The position numbers were made by a program, and so were the translations under genes. The notes under the pieces are model-generated. The model ran no database searches. It was given only the letters and a program-made list of their open reading frames with translations, and had not been told where the DNA came from. Shown here piece by piece: positions 32,001 to 39,999 of a DNA stretch of 64,000 nt. The DNA lies in IMG/VR virus record IMGVR_UViG_3300032242_000723, positions 186,001 to 250,000 of that record, one strand, 5' to 3'. Numbering within the stretch: the stretch's first letter is position 1; every line of letters starts with the position of its first letter.

Positions 32001-35000
32001 AGGCATCGGTAATGTTTCATTAAACTTGGGCGCAAGAGCGTCGGCTGTTACGAGTGCTAAACCGATCAGAGAAAATAGCATTTCTATCAAGTTTGACCGC
32101 ACCACCTATACTTCTCAGGTCGTTGATTGGAAGACGGGCGCATTTTATGGTTCTTTCTTTGCTGGCAACTACAGCGTGGCCACTACGTCTTCTAGTTCAT
32201 CGCTGTTGCTTGAAAGTACTCAACCTGATATCAATACAGTTTTAGCTAGTGCTCAAGGTACATTGTTTGAAATCGCTAAAGTCAATAACGATAGAAATCT
32301 TACTTGGTCATCATTTGTTCGTAGTGTGTATAGCACAGTCGGTGGAACAGATGACATCGTTCGTTTGCGACCATTAGACGGTATTGGTAACCCATTCTCT
32401 TATGAAGTGAACGCATCTGGTACTACTATTGGTTTCTATGTTGGCATGCCGATAAAGTTTGCCGGAGCTGTTGCCGGTGGCATCATAGAAAATCAAATCT
32501 ATTATGTACATAACATTGTTAACGGCACTGATTTCCAATTAACACTCAACGAAGATGGCAGTGGACCAGCTGTAAACTTAACTACTGCTACCATCAATGC
32601 AGCAGGTTTAGGTTGTTATACTGGTCAAGTGACGGATACTGCGGTATTGACTGTAAACTATCCTGGCATTCTTCAAGTGACCAACACTGCAAAAACAACA
32701 AACTATCTTACTGTACCAATGAGTTTAATCGGAACAGGTGGGACACGTGGGTTCTACACTAATTTGCCTATCTTCTTTACTGGAAAAGTATTCGGCAATA
32801 TAGTAGAAAATGAAACCTACTATATCACTACAGTAGTAGATAACGAAACATTCACTATGTCATTACATACTGATCCAGTGACCACCATGGTAACTGCCAC
32901 TACTACTTCAACTAATATAATAACAGTAGACTCAACTGATGGCTTTACTATTAACGACCCGATCATCTTCAATACAATGGTGATTTCAGGTTCATCAGTA
33001 GCTACGTTTGGTAATATTGTATCTGGTACTACTTACTATGTCAGTCAAATCATTAGCCCAACTCAAATGACTATTTCTACAATAGTCAACGGTGCAGTAT
33101 TTACTTTAGCTAATGCTACCGGAACCGCAGTTGTTACCAATCAGAAAGATGTATTGCAACTAACTACAGCATCAGGTTCAATGACGATGAACGTGTCTCT
33201 GCCAGTAAGTCCTGGACAAGTGGACGGGCAGTTGTTTACCCTTTACTCATCGTCTGTTCAATATCCTAATATCAGTTCAGGAATCATTGCTAATCTATTA
33301 GAAAGACAAGTAACAGCGAGTATCACATCTGTTAATAGATTGGCAATCAGCGAACTTTCGGGCGGCACAGATTTGTTCTATACTAATATGCCATTCCAAC
33401 TAAGTACGTCAACCGGTGGAATACCAGCAAGCACTACTTACTACGTAGTTGATTATTCAGGAATGCCTATTCCAGATGTAGATCACCCGGGCGAGTATAT
33501 TCCATTACCGAATATTCAAACTCTTGTTTCTTTTGCGTCATCAACTGGAAATCTATTAACGTGTGATTCTACTGCTTCGTTATATGCAGGAATGCCTATC
33601 GTATTCTCTGGTATTTCATTGGGCGGAATTGAAATCGGCGTTACTTACTTTGTTCGTACTATTCCTAGCGGCACAACATTTACTATCAGTGCGATTAAGA
33701 ATGGTTCAACCTTTGTATTGACGAATCAAGGTGGCATTATGTTAGGTACAGGTGAGCCGTACATCACTGTAACTAACATATTGGGCAATCCTGCTGTTGC
33801 ACTTTCAAATGGAATAGGCACAACATTAACACAACATGTGACAGGTACACCTTCGTTCGATCTTTCATATATGGCAGGCGGATACAGTGCAATCATCTCA
33901 TCTGCCGGTTCAGGATTTGCGATTAATAACACGATTGCAATCGCAGGCACAGCAGTCGGTGGTACTAGCCCTACTAACGATGTCACTCTAACAGTCAGTG
34001 CAATCAGTTCAACTGGTGCTATCACTCACGTTATTCCTGCAGGAACTGTTCCCGGTACGGACGCACAATATTATCTCAAGGTTAGATCACCAAATACATT
34101 CGGTGTCTACTCAAATGCATTGATGACAGTTCCGGTAAGTGGTATTGATTTCGGCTATGTGGGCTTTACTTCAGCGAAAATAACTAACATCAACTCATCT
34201 AACAATAGATTAACTGTTGCTGATACAAGTATATTTGCGGTAAATGATGCTGTCGTGTTCACCGGAACTGTACAAACATCTTTGACAAACATCATTGCTG
34301 GTGAAACATATTACATATATGATATACCGAACGCAACTCAGTTTAGAATTTGTACAAACCCAGGTGATGTTGGAACTATTGTAACAATGGTAACAACCAT
34401 TGCAGTTGACTTTACAATGACAACTCCTGGCAGTTATGCATTCCTAGCAGAGCCATTCTACTTCAATCAGTCAATCGTTCGCTTCAACAACCGAATCTAT
34501 GTCTGCGTTGTGTCAAACAATGATGACACTTTTGTTCTTGGTAAATGGGAACAACTTGATTCAGGTGATCGCAGAATGAATGCTATGGATAGAACTATTG
34601 GTTACTATCAGCCAACCATCAACATGCCTGGTCTCGACTTGACTCAGTTGTTTGAGGGTGTAACTTATCCTAACTCAACTTATAAAGGTAATGCATTCGA
34701 ACCTTCTCAACAGTTTACTCTTGACACTATATTGCAAGATCGCCCATTCTACCCAACACAGGTAAATACAGTCGCGTCAGCTTATAAAGAAGGTATATAT
34801 TATGCTGTTGCTAATTTACCAGACTACACCGGAATATTAAAGAGTAATGATGGCATAATTTGGGATATCACTAAGTTAACTAGTTCCAATCTTAATGCAA
34901 CTTCAATATTCAATACATCTGCTTTTTATCTGATCGGCACAACTAATACAGCTACTCCTATCTTTAGAAGTGAATACAACTTAGATCCAACATGGTCTGC

Positions 35001-38000
35001 ATTAACTGTTGCCCCTTCTACTGTACAAGCATTTGGATATAACGGTGCAAGTTGGATCGCAGTAGGTAGCTCTATCATGAGGAGCACTAACACTATTGAT
35101 TGGAATACTGTCTATACGTATAATCCAACTTATGATATTGAACTTTACGGTGTTACTAACGTCAACTCAGCTTCGTTCACTGGATATGTTGCTGTAGGTT
35201 CTGGTCTACGTCCAGACTATACAACTGGTGTAACCGAGTTAGTACCTACAAACATAATCTCGTACAGCACAACTGGTGAATATTGGAATGATGTTGCGTC
35301 ACTTACTCCGAAAGGAATGTACAGTGTAGCAGTAGAACAGAGTACAGGTAAGTTGATCGCAGTAGGTCAATCGGGCATTGTATATACGAGCTTGAATGGT
35401 GCTAGTTGGTTAGGAATAACTGAAGTGACAGTCACCTCAGTTAACGCAGCAACTGACACATTAAACGTAACAAATACTTCTGGTTTAGTACTAAATCAAA
35501 CAGTTCGTTTCAGTGCTTCATTCTCGTCAATCGTAGCAGGAACAACTTATTACGTAAAAACTATCGTATCTGCAACGCAAGTGGAGCTTTCAGCAACATC
35601 GGGCGGAACATTATTTGACTTGACTACTGGTTCTCCTGTCGCACAAACAATGATGAATGTGTATGATGATACTGATCCTACTCCGGCAACATTACGTAGT
35701 GTCATCAATCCAGATGGAGTATGGGTAGCAGTAGGTGATTCAGGCACCATCAAGACATCAACTGATGGTAATGTTTGGACTGCAGGATTATCAGGTACTA
35801 CTGAAAACCTAAACAGCGTAACATACGCTGACGGCACATATATAGTGACTGGCGATAACGATACTATATTGACTAGCAATAGCTTAACTTTAGGCGGAGT
35901 TATTTCTGCTATACAATATGACACTATTACAGGGTTCAATGGTCAATCAAATCTTGTTATCACTGCTGGAAACGGTGCTAATGATGCAAGATGTAGTGTA
36001 AGTGGGGGAGTCATCTCAATAACAACTCCGGGTACAGGTTATCCAGTAGGACAAACAATAGCCTATCTTGGTAGCGGTGGAACACGTATAGTCATAACAG
36101 TTTCAAACTGGATCAACTCTTCAGTCTTTGTTGATGCTCCTGCTATCTATACTGTTAAAGGTGCAGACTTCTCGTATGGTTACGGACCAGAAGAGTTAGT
36201 ACCTGGTGTAATCACTGATAATCTAGCGATGACTGTTATTACATCACCAGGTACTAACTGGCCAATAACAGAATATTCACACAGTGGGTATAACGTTGCA
36301 TCAGTAGAACTATCACCTACTTCAGGAACACAAACCGTATACAGCTTTAACAATGTACTTCAGTATCCTATTCAAATAGCGGTACAGGTTCTTGATTCAA
36401 CTGACTATTGTGGGACAACACTTCCTGCAACAGCATATACAGTTAACTGGATCAACAAAACAATCACGCTTGCTACTCCGCTCGCATTTTCTCCTGCGAT
36501 GCAAAAGCTAAGAATTGATGTGTACGAAGTCGGCAACGGGAACCAAATCGTTAAGTCTAATACTGATACTGATCCTATTAGAATTAGCGTAACAGGTTCT
36601 GGCTTCAATGATATCTACTTAAGCTGTAACTATAGTGCGACAATCACTGAAGGTAGCGGAGTAATCAGACCTGAAACGTTCGATGTAACTATCACTGCAT
36701 TAGAAACCTACAGTGGTACAGATCGTATCTTATGCGACGACACTGGCAAACTTTCGTTGAATATCCCAGTAACCTTCAGTGGTGCAGTATTCGGTGGGTT
36801 AGTAGAAGATACTACCTACTATGTCAAGTCAATCAGTGCTGCGACCAGTTCGTTTACTGTTTCTGCTTCGTTTATCTCTGGAGCCGGTCTAGCTGGTCCT
36901 GTGTATAACTTATCAGATGCAACTGGTTCAATGACTGTAAACATACAGAATGGTACTGGAACAACATGGTCTACTCCTATCGTCTATCACAATGGTACAA
37001 AGTTGATTCCAGGTGGAACTACAGTCGTTACTAAAACTACTTCAGGCACAAACACGATCACTACAAACTCGACTAGTGGATTTATTGTGAATAATCCAAT
37101 CACGTTTAGTCAGACAATGTTCGGCAATGATATCGTACCATTCACGAGATATTATATCAAATCAATCGTTAGTGGATCTAAGTTTACTATTTCTGCTACA
37201 CCGGGCGGAAGCACTTTGGTATTAGCAGATGCAACTGGAAGTGCAAAAATCATCACAAATGACTATGCATTCGGCATTCAACCAAATGGCTTTGCTGCAA
37301 GAATCATCTTCGCGACAAACACATATACTAATGCAACTGACTATCTAGCATACTCAATGTTCGGTGAAACTGTTCCCGTTCAATATGGTTATACTCTTCC
37401 TGAAACTCAAGTGTTTGCAGGTAACGGTTCTACTGCATCGTATATATTAGATAACTATATAGGTCAAGAAAATGCACAGAACGCGATAGTCGAAATCAAC
37501 GGAGTGCGTGTAACAAGTTCACGTTATAATATAAACTTTAGTACCAATACTATTCTATTCAATAGTCCTCCACCTGCTAGCTCGGTTGTAACTGTGACTA
37601 CGTTCAATGATACTTCAAGACAATATTTGAATACTCAGTTCGGTATTACAGGTTCACCTGGATCTGCGTATACTTCATTGACCGTAGGAACTACTACTCA
37701 CGTTACTGGTACGTTTGACCAAAATACTCCTACTGCCCAGTCATACGATCAAAACACTCCTAGCGTGATATCGTTTGACGAAAACTATAGTTGGTTAACG
37801 CTATCGTCGGGAAATACAAGTTCTCTTACTATCAATGGATCAATCGCATTTGATGCTCCTACTATTGGTGGCGTTGTTGCAGGACAAGTTTACTATGTTT
37901 CTCAGATTTTGAACTCAACTGAGTTTACTATTTCTGAATTGGTAGATGGCGAAATATTCCAGTTAACAAATGCAACAGGTTCAATGACATCTAAGTCAAA

Positions 38001-39840
38001 CGGACTTCTTGTTACCCCGATATCAACTATAACTAACAACATTACTGGTCCCGTCGCAGTCACATATTCAACTGCTACAGACGGAACAACTGAAGTCATT
38101 ACATGTGGTGATACAGCAGGATTCGTTGTAAATCAAACAGTAGAGTTCAAAGGGGTAACGTTTGGCGGGATACAAGTTAACGGAACTGTTTACTTTATAG
38201 ATAGTATCTTGAGCGCCACTACTTTCAAGATAAAAAATGCTGCCGGAGTTATAGTGAATCTATCAACAGGTACAGGCAACCTACAAACTATAGTAGGAGG
38301 AACCCCTGCTGTTAGAGTGGTAACTACAATAAAGCATAATCTAACTGAAAACATTCTAACTAGAATTGATGGTACAACTGGATCAGTGCAACTTAACAAT
38401 AATTCATATTATGTTCACATTATTGACGACTACACATTTGATCTATATACCCAACCATATGATCCGGCATTCGGCGCAGTAAACTATCCTGTAACTACTA
38501 TTGCAGCATATACAGGTGGAGGCTATGTTTGGAGAGCAGGAACATTTAGAATCTATAATACAACAGCGACTGCCACTACCAATGATAGTAGCATTTCTAC
38601 TATCAATTCTGGTATAATAACTGGTTACACTATGACGTTTGGATCGGTTACTGGTGACCCAATAAGAATTGGCATGGTAGTTACTGGATCAGGTATTCTA
38701 CCTAATACAACTATTATTGGAGGTGCAGGTCTATCTTGGACGGTTGACAAATATCAAAATACTTCAGCAACAACTCTTACTGGAACATATCACGCATATC
38801 CAATCACTTGTGCAAGTACTTCTAAGTTAGTAGTTGACACTCCAGTTTACTTTGCTGTAACCGGAGCATTAAACGGAACTGCAATATTAGGTGGTCTAGT
38901 TCAAGCGACTGAATACTATATTAAAGAAATCTTAAGTTCAACTTCGTTTACAGTTTCGGCTACAAAAGGTGGAGATGCATATGCATTAACTACAGCTACT
39001 GGCATAATGACTGTAGCACAATGGAGTCAGATCAACGTAGATCGTTTATGGGTAACATTAAATGGCACCCGTGTTCCTTCTTCTAAGTTAAAAGTAAATC
39101 CGGTTAATGAGCTAAGTATCCTAACACAGATCGTGCCAGGTGATGAAGTCATAATCACAAGCATGATAACACATGGAACGCCAGATCAAGAAACTTACAT
39201 CAACTTTGTCGATCCGACCGGAGAAGCGTCAGTGTATAGAGCAAATACTAAAACAAGAACTTGGTTGACTCATGCATTATACGAACAAAGTACTGAGATA
39301 CAAGTTCAAGACATTGGTACAGTAACTAATATTGTGGTTCAAAATACAACTGCGCCTAATATCGTAGATAATTACTATAGTATAGGTATGACAGTTGATA
39401 AACAAACAATGGCAGGAACAACAGTGCTAAACAATAGAACAGGAAATTATATCAGTAGCTTGTACTATAAAGTTGTAGTGGAAGAGTTATCTCCTGTCCT
39501 AAAGATTACGCCAGGTGCTTATATCTCTAGCGGAGATTCATTGACAATCACTACACTTGAGGGTAACACTATATTGATCAACGGTGAACAAATCAAGTTT
39601 AGCACAGTTAACTTTGCTACCAATACACTTAGTGGCTTACAACGCGGTGCTAACGGTACAGGTGTTCAGTCGGTAATCGCAAAGTACAGTGAAGTGTACG
39701 GTCTACTTTCAGCCAATAAACTACCAGTTGCTTACTACGATCAAACATGGAACTCAAATGTTTGGAACGTGACAGATGGTGATCCATTGCAGATCAGTGA
39801 TACAGTACCTGCACAATTCTTGCATGTGGACATAACCTAA
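20023..39840 (+). CDS. Giant (6605 aa) modular virion protein, gp7-position baseplate wedge / adhesin
   Basis: Follows gp6. About 15 copies of a G.....YY(V/I)..I...T.F.IS module, FG-GAP-like and BNR-like propeller repeats, G.GY and RG.NGT motifs; GATAAGTA upstream. Confidence 0.75.
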   Translation: MARIRTLNFLPDIFQTPSNAEFFGATLDQLVNPPSITKIQGYVGSRFGTGVNAKDYYVVEPTKTRVDYQLDPGVVFTKPNESVAKDFISYPGILDSIAMQGGIVDNNSRLFTSQFYSWDSFTDLDKTINFNQYYWLPEGPPAVTVAAASVFSKENYTVTDLPNGYSIAAGAGAGTINPTLTLLRGGTYTFSVSQTSQFWIQGAPGVSGYSPLQPNQPVRDVFGVSNNGASTGIVTFAVPSKTAQDEYAFPGNNVVDVVSTTPFDQVNGMPVTSTTNIDGVTALEGLRVMFYNTGVVNEIGYISSYFGETSFDTNNDLIVAPITLTVGSSSTTAFSLSSGTTALLNVGNTITFDNPVFGGITGGQVYYINEIVNSTDFKISLTLGGTNIALTSGSGTMTVNINQGLYEEGFYTTVAQNFYRVTYVGDPDSPVIRLVPDGLIPSEQRITPTYGNTWHNLPFYRNTLGVINLIPYITAPLDVLYYQDGTSSNKIGIIRLIENNLNNTINVETQILGKTNYTSTTGVAFTNGLKVKFDGDVIPSSYLTGEYYVEGVGTAIELVPVIDLVSPEKFTINQYILYDLLKYDIENFDSTLNIPVTPDYITIARNSISKNAWSRSNRWFHIDVINATATYNNDPTITTKYATGTNKAVRPIVEFYPNLKLWDSGIIGKNPVDFIDYRTTDALSTVSGSLNYYPDVQVYSTNTATITASSVIPIAASAMVPGTTYKITEVGTTNWNTVAGTIDQYYYVGQSVLCAVAGTGTGKGLPLTTSTTITVPASAVTGSLVNYMFIADSLNLLPPNSQITNISGTTTLTLTISWETPQQIVGGTSVSIVASDTTVNNYGLFPGARVVFAADTEVSIRNKIYVANFSSITPFSAPVITLTLAEDGVCLPDSQIVVTRGFTNQGLSFHFDGLNWNASQQKTNLNQAPLFDIFDENGISLGDTDIYQSTSFAGCKLFAYGYGSGTEDTVLGFPIRYSSFDNVGDISFDISFNLDTFDYVRNGAPINSKVNIGYVYNYTSATTNIRQLGWQTAIAPSIQYQNFSFNYVASAPNATFACNIAALANLATGEKGWPRVQVYINNVYQNSDTYKVDIGTNTTIITLLGDLPTVDTVVQIQVLSDQVSNVAYYSVPNNLNNNPFNADLTTANIGDIRAQYKDIFINAPNTTGSIFGANNYRDCGDLVPYGTKIIQNSASLAIPGAFLRNQEHNLFDALLFNSREYVKFKQLLVDTVQNSDYVQRYAPSQILDDALDQITAAKSQINAFFWSDMLPSKSPYIGNTYIFNNALENTFYPLSKIYNFSSANYDGVLVYLSRTVDNVLVQKQLTVNVDYVISADSPSLEIILPMQAGDQITIKEYNQTYGSYVPNTPTKLGVYPAFEPTVVLDSDYMVPTYFIKGHDGSFNKLYGDYNETLGVLIDFRDQALLEFELRVYNNLKLSAKVPIARYEVVPGYFRNPTYSWDNFLDIYSTSFLNWIGQNHLDYKTQYFTKNNEFSYNYTNSANKLDQTPIKQGYWRGVYEYFYDTTTPNETPWEMLAFANMPTWWTARYGPAPYTSDNGVLWGDLELGLIWNNGNPYIQPELARPGLSNIIPVDSTGALLSPLISIVGNYNPSTFNKDWVVGDDAPTELSYRRSSTYPFDLTRIFALTRPAEFFNLAVDLDNYKYNAEFNQYLVNDRSHLVPSNIEIYGNGTAKTSYINWIVDYEKQQGVDATTNITTLLNNLDVRLVYRLAGYSDKTLLKFYVEKASPNSRNASLLIPDESYSVLLYENQPFDQLMFSGVVIQQNKDYWTVFGNSQNVAYFETLDPRYNGQTETLTVENKTVKLAKDYGTTVTLVPYGTKFYSTQDVAQFLVSYGKNLESKGMMFDEIQNGVPITWAQMVNEFLYWTQTGWEDGSIITVNPAATKMQINPPSAIVQPLTIQQQNFILNQNLYPINLKDLCVNRDGTLFSAHTLSDGDAMSYAQFNISNFEHGIVFDNVTMFNDVIYNLTTGLRQNRISVRGTKTAEWNGTVNAYGFILNQDNVKEWNGNLKYTKGVIVKYKNKYWTALKVIEPTIKFNDQDWKEVDYANIQKGLLSNPSTRAYESVLYYDVNQANLEQDADLLSFSLIGYRPRDYLALVDLTDTAQVQVYKNLIKNKGTRNSINAFKGANLPQGGIQYDAYENWSIKTGKFGGVLNENFVEFKVNQEYMTGNPSIVSLTEGTYTVGSMQEVPLYSLFNYGSTIDSPNILSTTNAEPHTYLYPSAGYVNFNDVKMSSYFYSGLPFAVDGNGITVPIQSFYVGEYMWLANFKERWEVYRWKPVGQVVQVRNNLNATATVTFSTPHGLSKYDPMSIINFADNINGYYIVTEIVSLTEILINLTANVSGTSAIQGRGIGMKFESQRVATPADIAALDLTENEFIKNTVWVDTNNDGNWAVYRKSINYLYQTELEKSGTTTLGSAVAYTPQMGYLVSDAAAGKLYRYAYDALTETYALAETKTGSTSFGSTIVYAQASNIYVVSEPTSGSPKVYIYVLNNTVVSDDIVTYQTPIAAPGGVTNWGSKLALSDDARWLYVSDSANNKVYVYRQDRIKLNAGYFVVGQTYIITSVGTTDFTAIGAIDNQIGITFVATGVGTGNGTATQITYRQSTIIDGASYGLTLGDGFGKAIATGSDSSVLVVGAPEVDYSATITDWGKAYAFTRTVQNFNVQSSSLPNQPQTYKLGWTPTAGTARTASATSASTNRITCSGSMTGFAVNDPVVFAGATFGDSNVSPTQVYYIHGISGSEISIKLSRSSTTAVQLKNASSLSFSVYVQVDPLYVQINGIMVDDNNYGVIGSNFVYYGTTFAGDIINVSDNQFYLTQTFNSKYTDRVGAHFGYAIDCTSRCTDILIGSPFEIDTADQEGAAYRFTNGGARYGLVVGAAVCNITAPTQVLINGYLTYLPIGNATVIAKAINQSQIINVQATATADNKLIIQLIDTTLAQVNDKLVITAFDTTTLTQLGIQVYTNTQIIKCPHTQGPSQFGTNIKYNEFDSVLISAPAGTRYEGTVFDFTDDENFDNDTVFDNNATRFVESYPNAGAVYMFDYLEEYNESVITSGAYVYAQSVNNTSTDYGYNPNYGAALEFNDNIVVVGAPDYLPASVGGQVTVYNNATGITDWAIFRQSAAVVDIEKIQNTQLFSATTNNTLINFDYIDPLQGKILGAARENLDFVTSVDPAKYNSDVNAPTNYIWGADHVGMLWFNTANTRFVNYHQNDVVYNSKHWGQLFPGSDVAVYSWIASFIPPVNYQGPGVPLDINKFCVNAVLNSSDVLSPIYYFWVRNTNVIFTQTGKTLSDNVVASYIANPAASGIAYMAPLLPNTFAMYNAGDYFNANDTVFHIGYANGTTDDVSHQEFALIREDYADDFLPGIPGITDTLTYASIDGKTTYSKYGHPEGLYAKLLDSLSGADGAGQVVPNPYLPFAVQSGVLARPRQSLFYNRFMALDNYLSYANTILAQYPITELREELSFLFTSGEFFNTPDYWEYVNWWATGYDNNTKSSSQVPIYADLSSLNVVINTIVTVMQNGAGKAEVYRYDGNGVWTRIGLAQGTIAFKNTLWDYSAGKLGFSGNFFDTSPFDEYPSEETRNIIRALNEQIYIQDLLIYRNKSLILLFEYIQSETAESQNFLPWLNKTSLVDVAHTIRELKPYEVFKTDNQEFLAGYINEVKPYHVVIKDFLFKYTGAEVFEGDITDFDLPATYNSAYQEFITPELVYGVPENQYEFALSDNIWSTAPYSQWFANYGVSIEGQENYNITTLTSYLNRSSKYILVDNAQGFPINGVMMIGTEQIGYSLVDRALNKISGLIRGVNGTAVVDHIPGTPIIMDLPAVLLLSGGRGYSNPPRVTAYIDTGKYPEPTVPAEFEAVMNLDSVLSVNLVNPGQGYAVLPEIIIEPAEQIYFDTTAVNSSLHTITMYAPNLRTGDMLQYKVITGTSVGLLADNQWYYINVLEDTPTAIVALYKNYSNAINDHDRIMLYYQGIGNVSLNLGARASAVTSAKPIRENSISIKFDRTTYTSQVVDWKTGAFYGSFFAGNYSVATTSSSSSLLLESTQPDINTVLASAQGTLFEIAKVNNDRNLTWSSFVRSVYSTVGGTDDIVRLRPLDGIGNPFSYEVNASGTTIGFYVGMPIKFAGAVAGGIIENQIYYVHNIVNGTDFQLTLNEDGSGPAVNLTTATINAAGLGCYTGQVTDTAVLTVNYPGILQVTNTAKTTNYLTVPMSLIGTGGTRGFYTNLPIFFTGKVFGNIVENETYYITTVVDNETFTMSLHTDPVTTMVTATTTSTNIITVDSTDGFTINDPIIFNTMVISGSSVATFGNIVSGTTYYVSQIISPTQMTISTIVNGAVFTLANATGTAVVTNQKDVLQLTTASGSMTMNVSLPVSPGQVDGQLFTLYSSSVQYPNISSGIIANLLERQVTASITSVNRLAISELSGGTDLFYTNMPFQLSTSTGGIPASTTYYVVDYSGMPIPDVDHPGEYIPLPNIQTLVSFASSTGNLLTCDSTASLYAGMPIVFSGISLGGIEIGVTYFVRTIPSGTTFTISAIKNGSTFVLTNQGGIMLGTGEPYITVTNILGNPAVALSNGIGTTLTQHVTGTPSFDLSYMAGGYSAIISSAGSGFAINNTIAIAGTAVGGTSPTNDVTLTVSAISSTGAITHVIPAGTVPGTDAQYYLKVRSPNTFGVYSNALMTVPVSGIDFGYVGFTSAKITNINSSNNRLTVADTSIFAVNDAVVFTGTVQTSLTNIIAGETYYIYDIPNATQFRICTNPGDVGTIVTMVTTIAVDFTMTTPGSYAFLAEPFYFNQSIVRFNNRIYVCVVSNNDDTFVLGKWEQLDSGDRRMNAMDRTIGYYQPTINMPGLDLTQLFEGVTYPNSTYKGNAFEPSQQFTLDTILQDRPFYPTQVNTVASAYKEGIYYAVANLPDYTGILKSNDGIIWDITKLTSSNLNATSIFNTSAFYLIGTTNTATPIFRSEYNLDPTWSALTVAPSTVQAFGYNGASWIAVGSSIMRSTNTIDWNTVYTYNPTYDIELYGVTNVNSASFTGYVAVGSGLRPDYTTGVTELVPTNIISYSTTGEYWNDVASLTPKGMYSVAVEQSTGKLIAVGQSGIVYTSLNGASWLGITEVTVTSVNAATDTLNVTNTSGLVLNQTVRFSASFSSIVAGTTYYVKTIVSATQVELSATSGGTLFDLTTGSPVAQTMMNVYDDTDPTPATLRSVINPDGVWVAVGDSGTIKTSTDGNVWTAGLSGTTENLNSVTYADGTYIVTGDNDTILTSNSLTLGGVISAIQYDTITGFNGQSNLVITAGNGANDARCSVSGGVISITTPGTGYPVGQTIAYLGSGGTRIVITVSNWINSSVFVDAPAIYTVKGADFSYGYGPEELVPGVITDNLAMTVITSPGTNWPITEYSHSGYNVASVELSPTSGTQTVYSFNNVLQYPIQIAVQVLDSTDYCGTTLPATAYTVNWINKTITLATPLAFSPAMQKLRIDVYEVGNGNQIVKSNTDTDPIRISVTGSGFNDIYLSCNYSATITEGSGVIRPETFDVTITALETYSGTDRILCDDTGKLSLNIPVTFSGAVFGGLVEDTTYYVKSISAATSSFTVSASFISGAGLAGPVYNLSDATGSMTVNIQNGTGTTWSTPIVYHNGTKLIPGGTTVVTKTTSGTNTITTNSTSGFIVNNPITFSQTMFGNDIVPFTRYYIKSIVSGSKFTISATPGGSTLVLADATGSAKIITNDYAFGIQPNGFAARIIFATNTYTNATDYLAYSMFGETVPVQYGYTLPETQVFAGNGSTASYILDNYIGQENAQNAIVEINGVRVTSSRYNINFSTNTILFNSPPPASSVVTVTTFNDTSRQYLNTQFGITGSPGSAYTSLTVGTTTHVTGTFDQNTPTAQSYDQNTPSVISFDENYSWLTLSSGNTSSLTINGSIAFDAPTIGGVVAGQVYYVSQILNSTEFTISELVDGEIFQLTNATGSMTSKSNGLLVTPISTITNNITGPVAVTYSTATDGTTEVITCGDTAGFVVNQTVEFKGVTFGGIQVNGTVYFIDSILSATTFKIKNAAGVIVNLSTGTGNLQTIVGGTPAVRVVTTIKHNLTENILTRIDGTTGSVQLNNNSYYVHIIDDYTFDLYTQPYDPAFGAVNYPVTTIAAYTGGGYVWRAGTFRIYNTTATATTNDSSISTINSGIITGYTMTFGSVTGDPIRIGMVVTGSGILPNTTIIGGAGLSWTVDKYQNTSATTLTGTYHAYPITCASTSKLVVDTPVYFAVTGALNGTAILGGLVQATEYYIKEILSSTSFTVSATKGGDAYALTTATGIMTVAQWSQINVDRLWVTLNGTRVPSSKLKVNPVNELSILTQIVPGDEVIITSMITHGTPDQETYINFVDPTGEASVYRANTKTRTWLTHALYEQSTEIQVQDIGTVTNIVVQNTTAPNIVDNYYSIGMTVDKQTMAGTTVLNNRTGNYISSLYYKVVVEELSPVLKITPGAYISSGDSLTITTLEGNTILINGEQIKFSTVNFATNTLSGLQRGANGTGVQSVIAKYSEVYGLLSANKLPVAYYDQTWNSNVWNVTDGDPLQISDTVPAQFLHVDIT

Positions 39841-39842
39841 AT

Positions 39843-39850
39843 GATAAATA
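39843..39850 (+). promoter_or_regulatory. Late promoter GATAAATA
   Basis: ATGATAAATAAAGA, identical to 40621-40634. Confidence 0.7.
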
Positions 39851-39855
39851 AAGAG

Positions 39856-39999
39856 ATGAACAAGCATAACTCGAACAGTGAACCTAACATTCCAGAACGC
39901 AAACCAAATGAGGTTAGTGGTTTCTATTTCTCGTCTGGCGTAAAGATTTTTGATCCAAACACGAAGGAAGTCATTGTACAAAAAAGAGGGGACGACTAA
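39856..39999 (+). CDS. 47-aa small protein (not in ORF track)
   Basis: MNKHNSNSEPNIPERKPNEVSGFYFSSGVKIFDPNTKEVIVQKRGDD; follows a late promoter; TAATG overlap with next gene. Confidence 0.65.
   Translation: MNKHNSNSEPNIPERKPNEVSGFYFSSGVKIFDPNTKEVIVQKRGDD

Noticed and set aside
13440-38399. Many short opposite-strand or alternate-frame ORFs inside structural genes
   Set aside because: Shadow ORFs fully nested in long, motif-supported genes.
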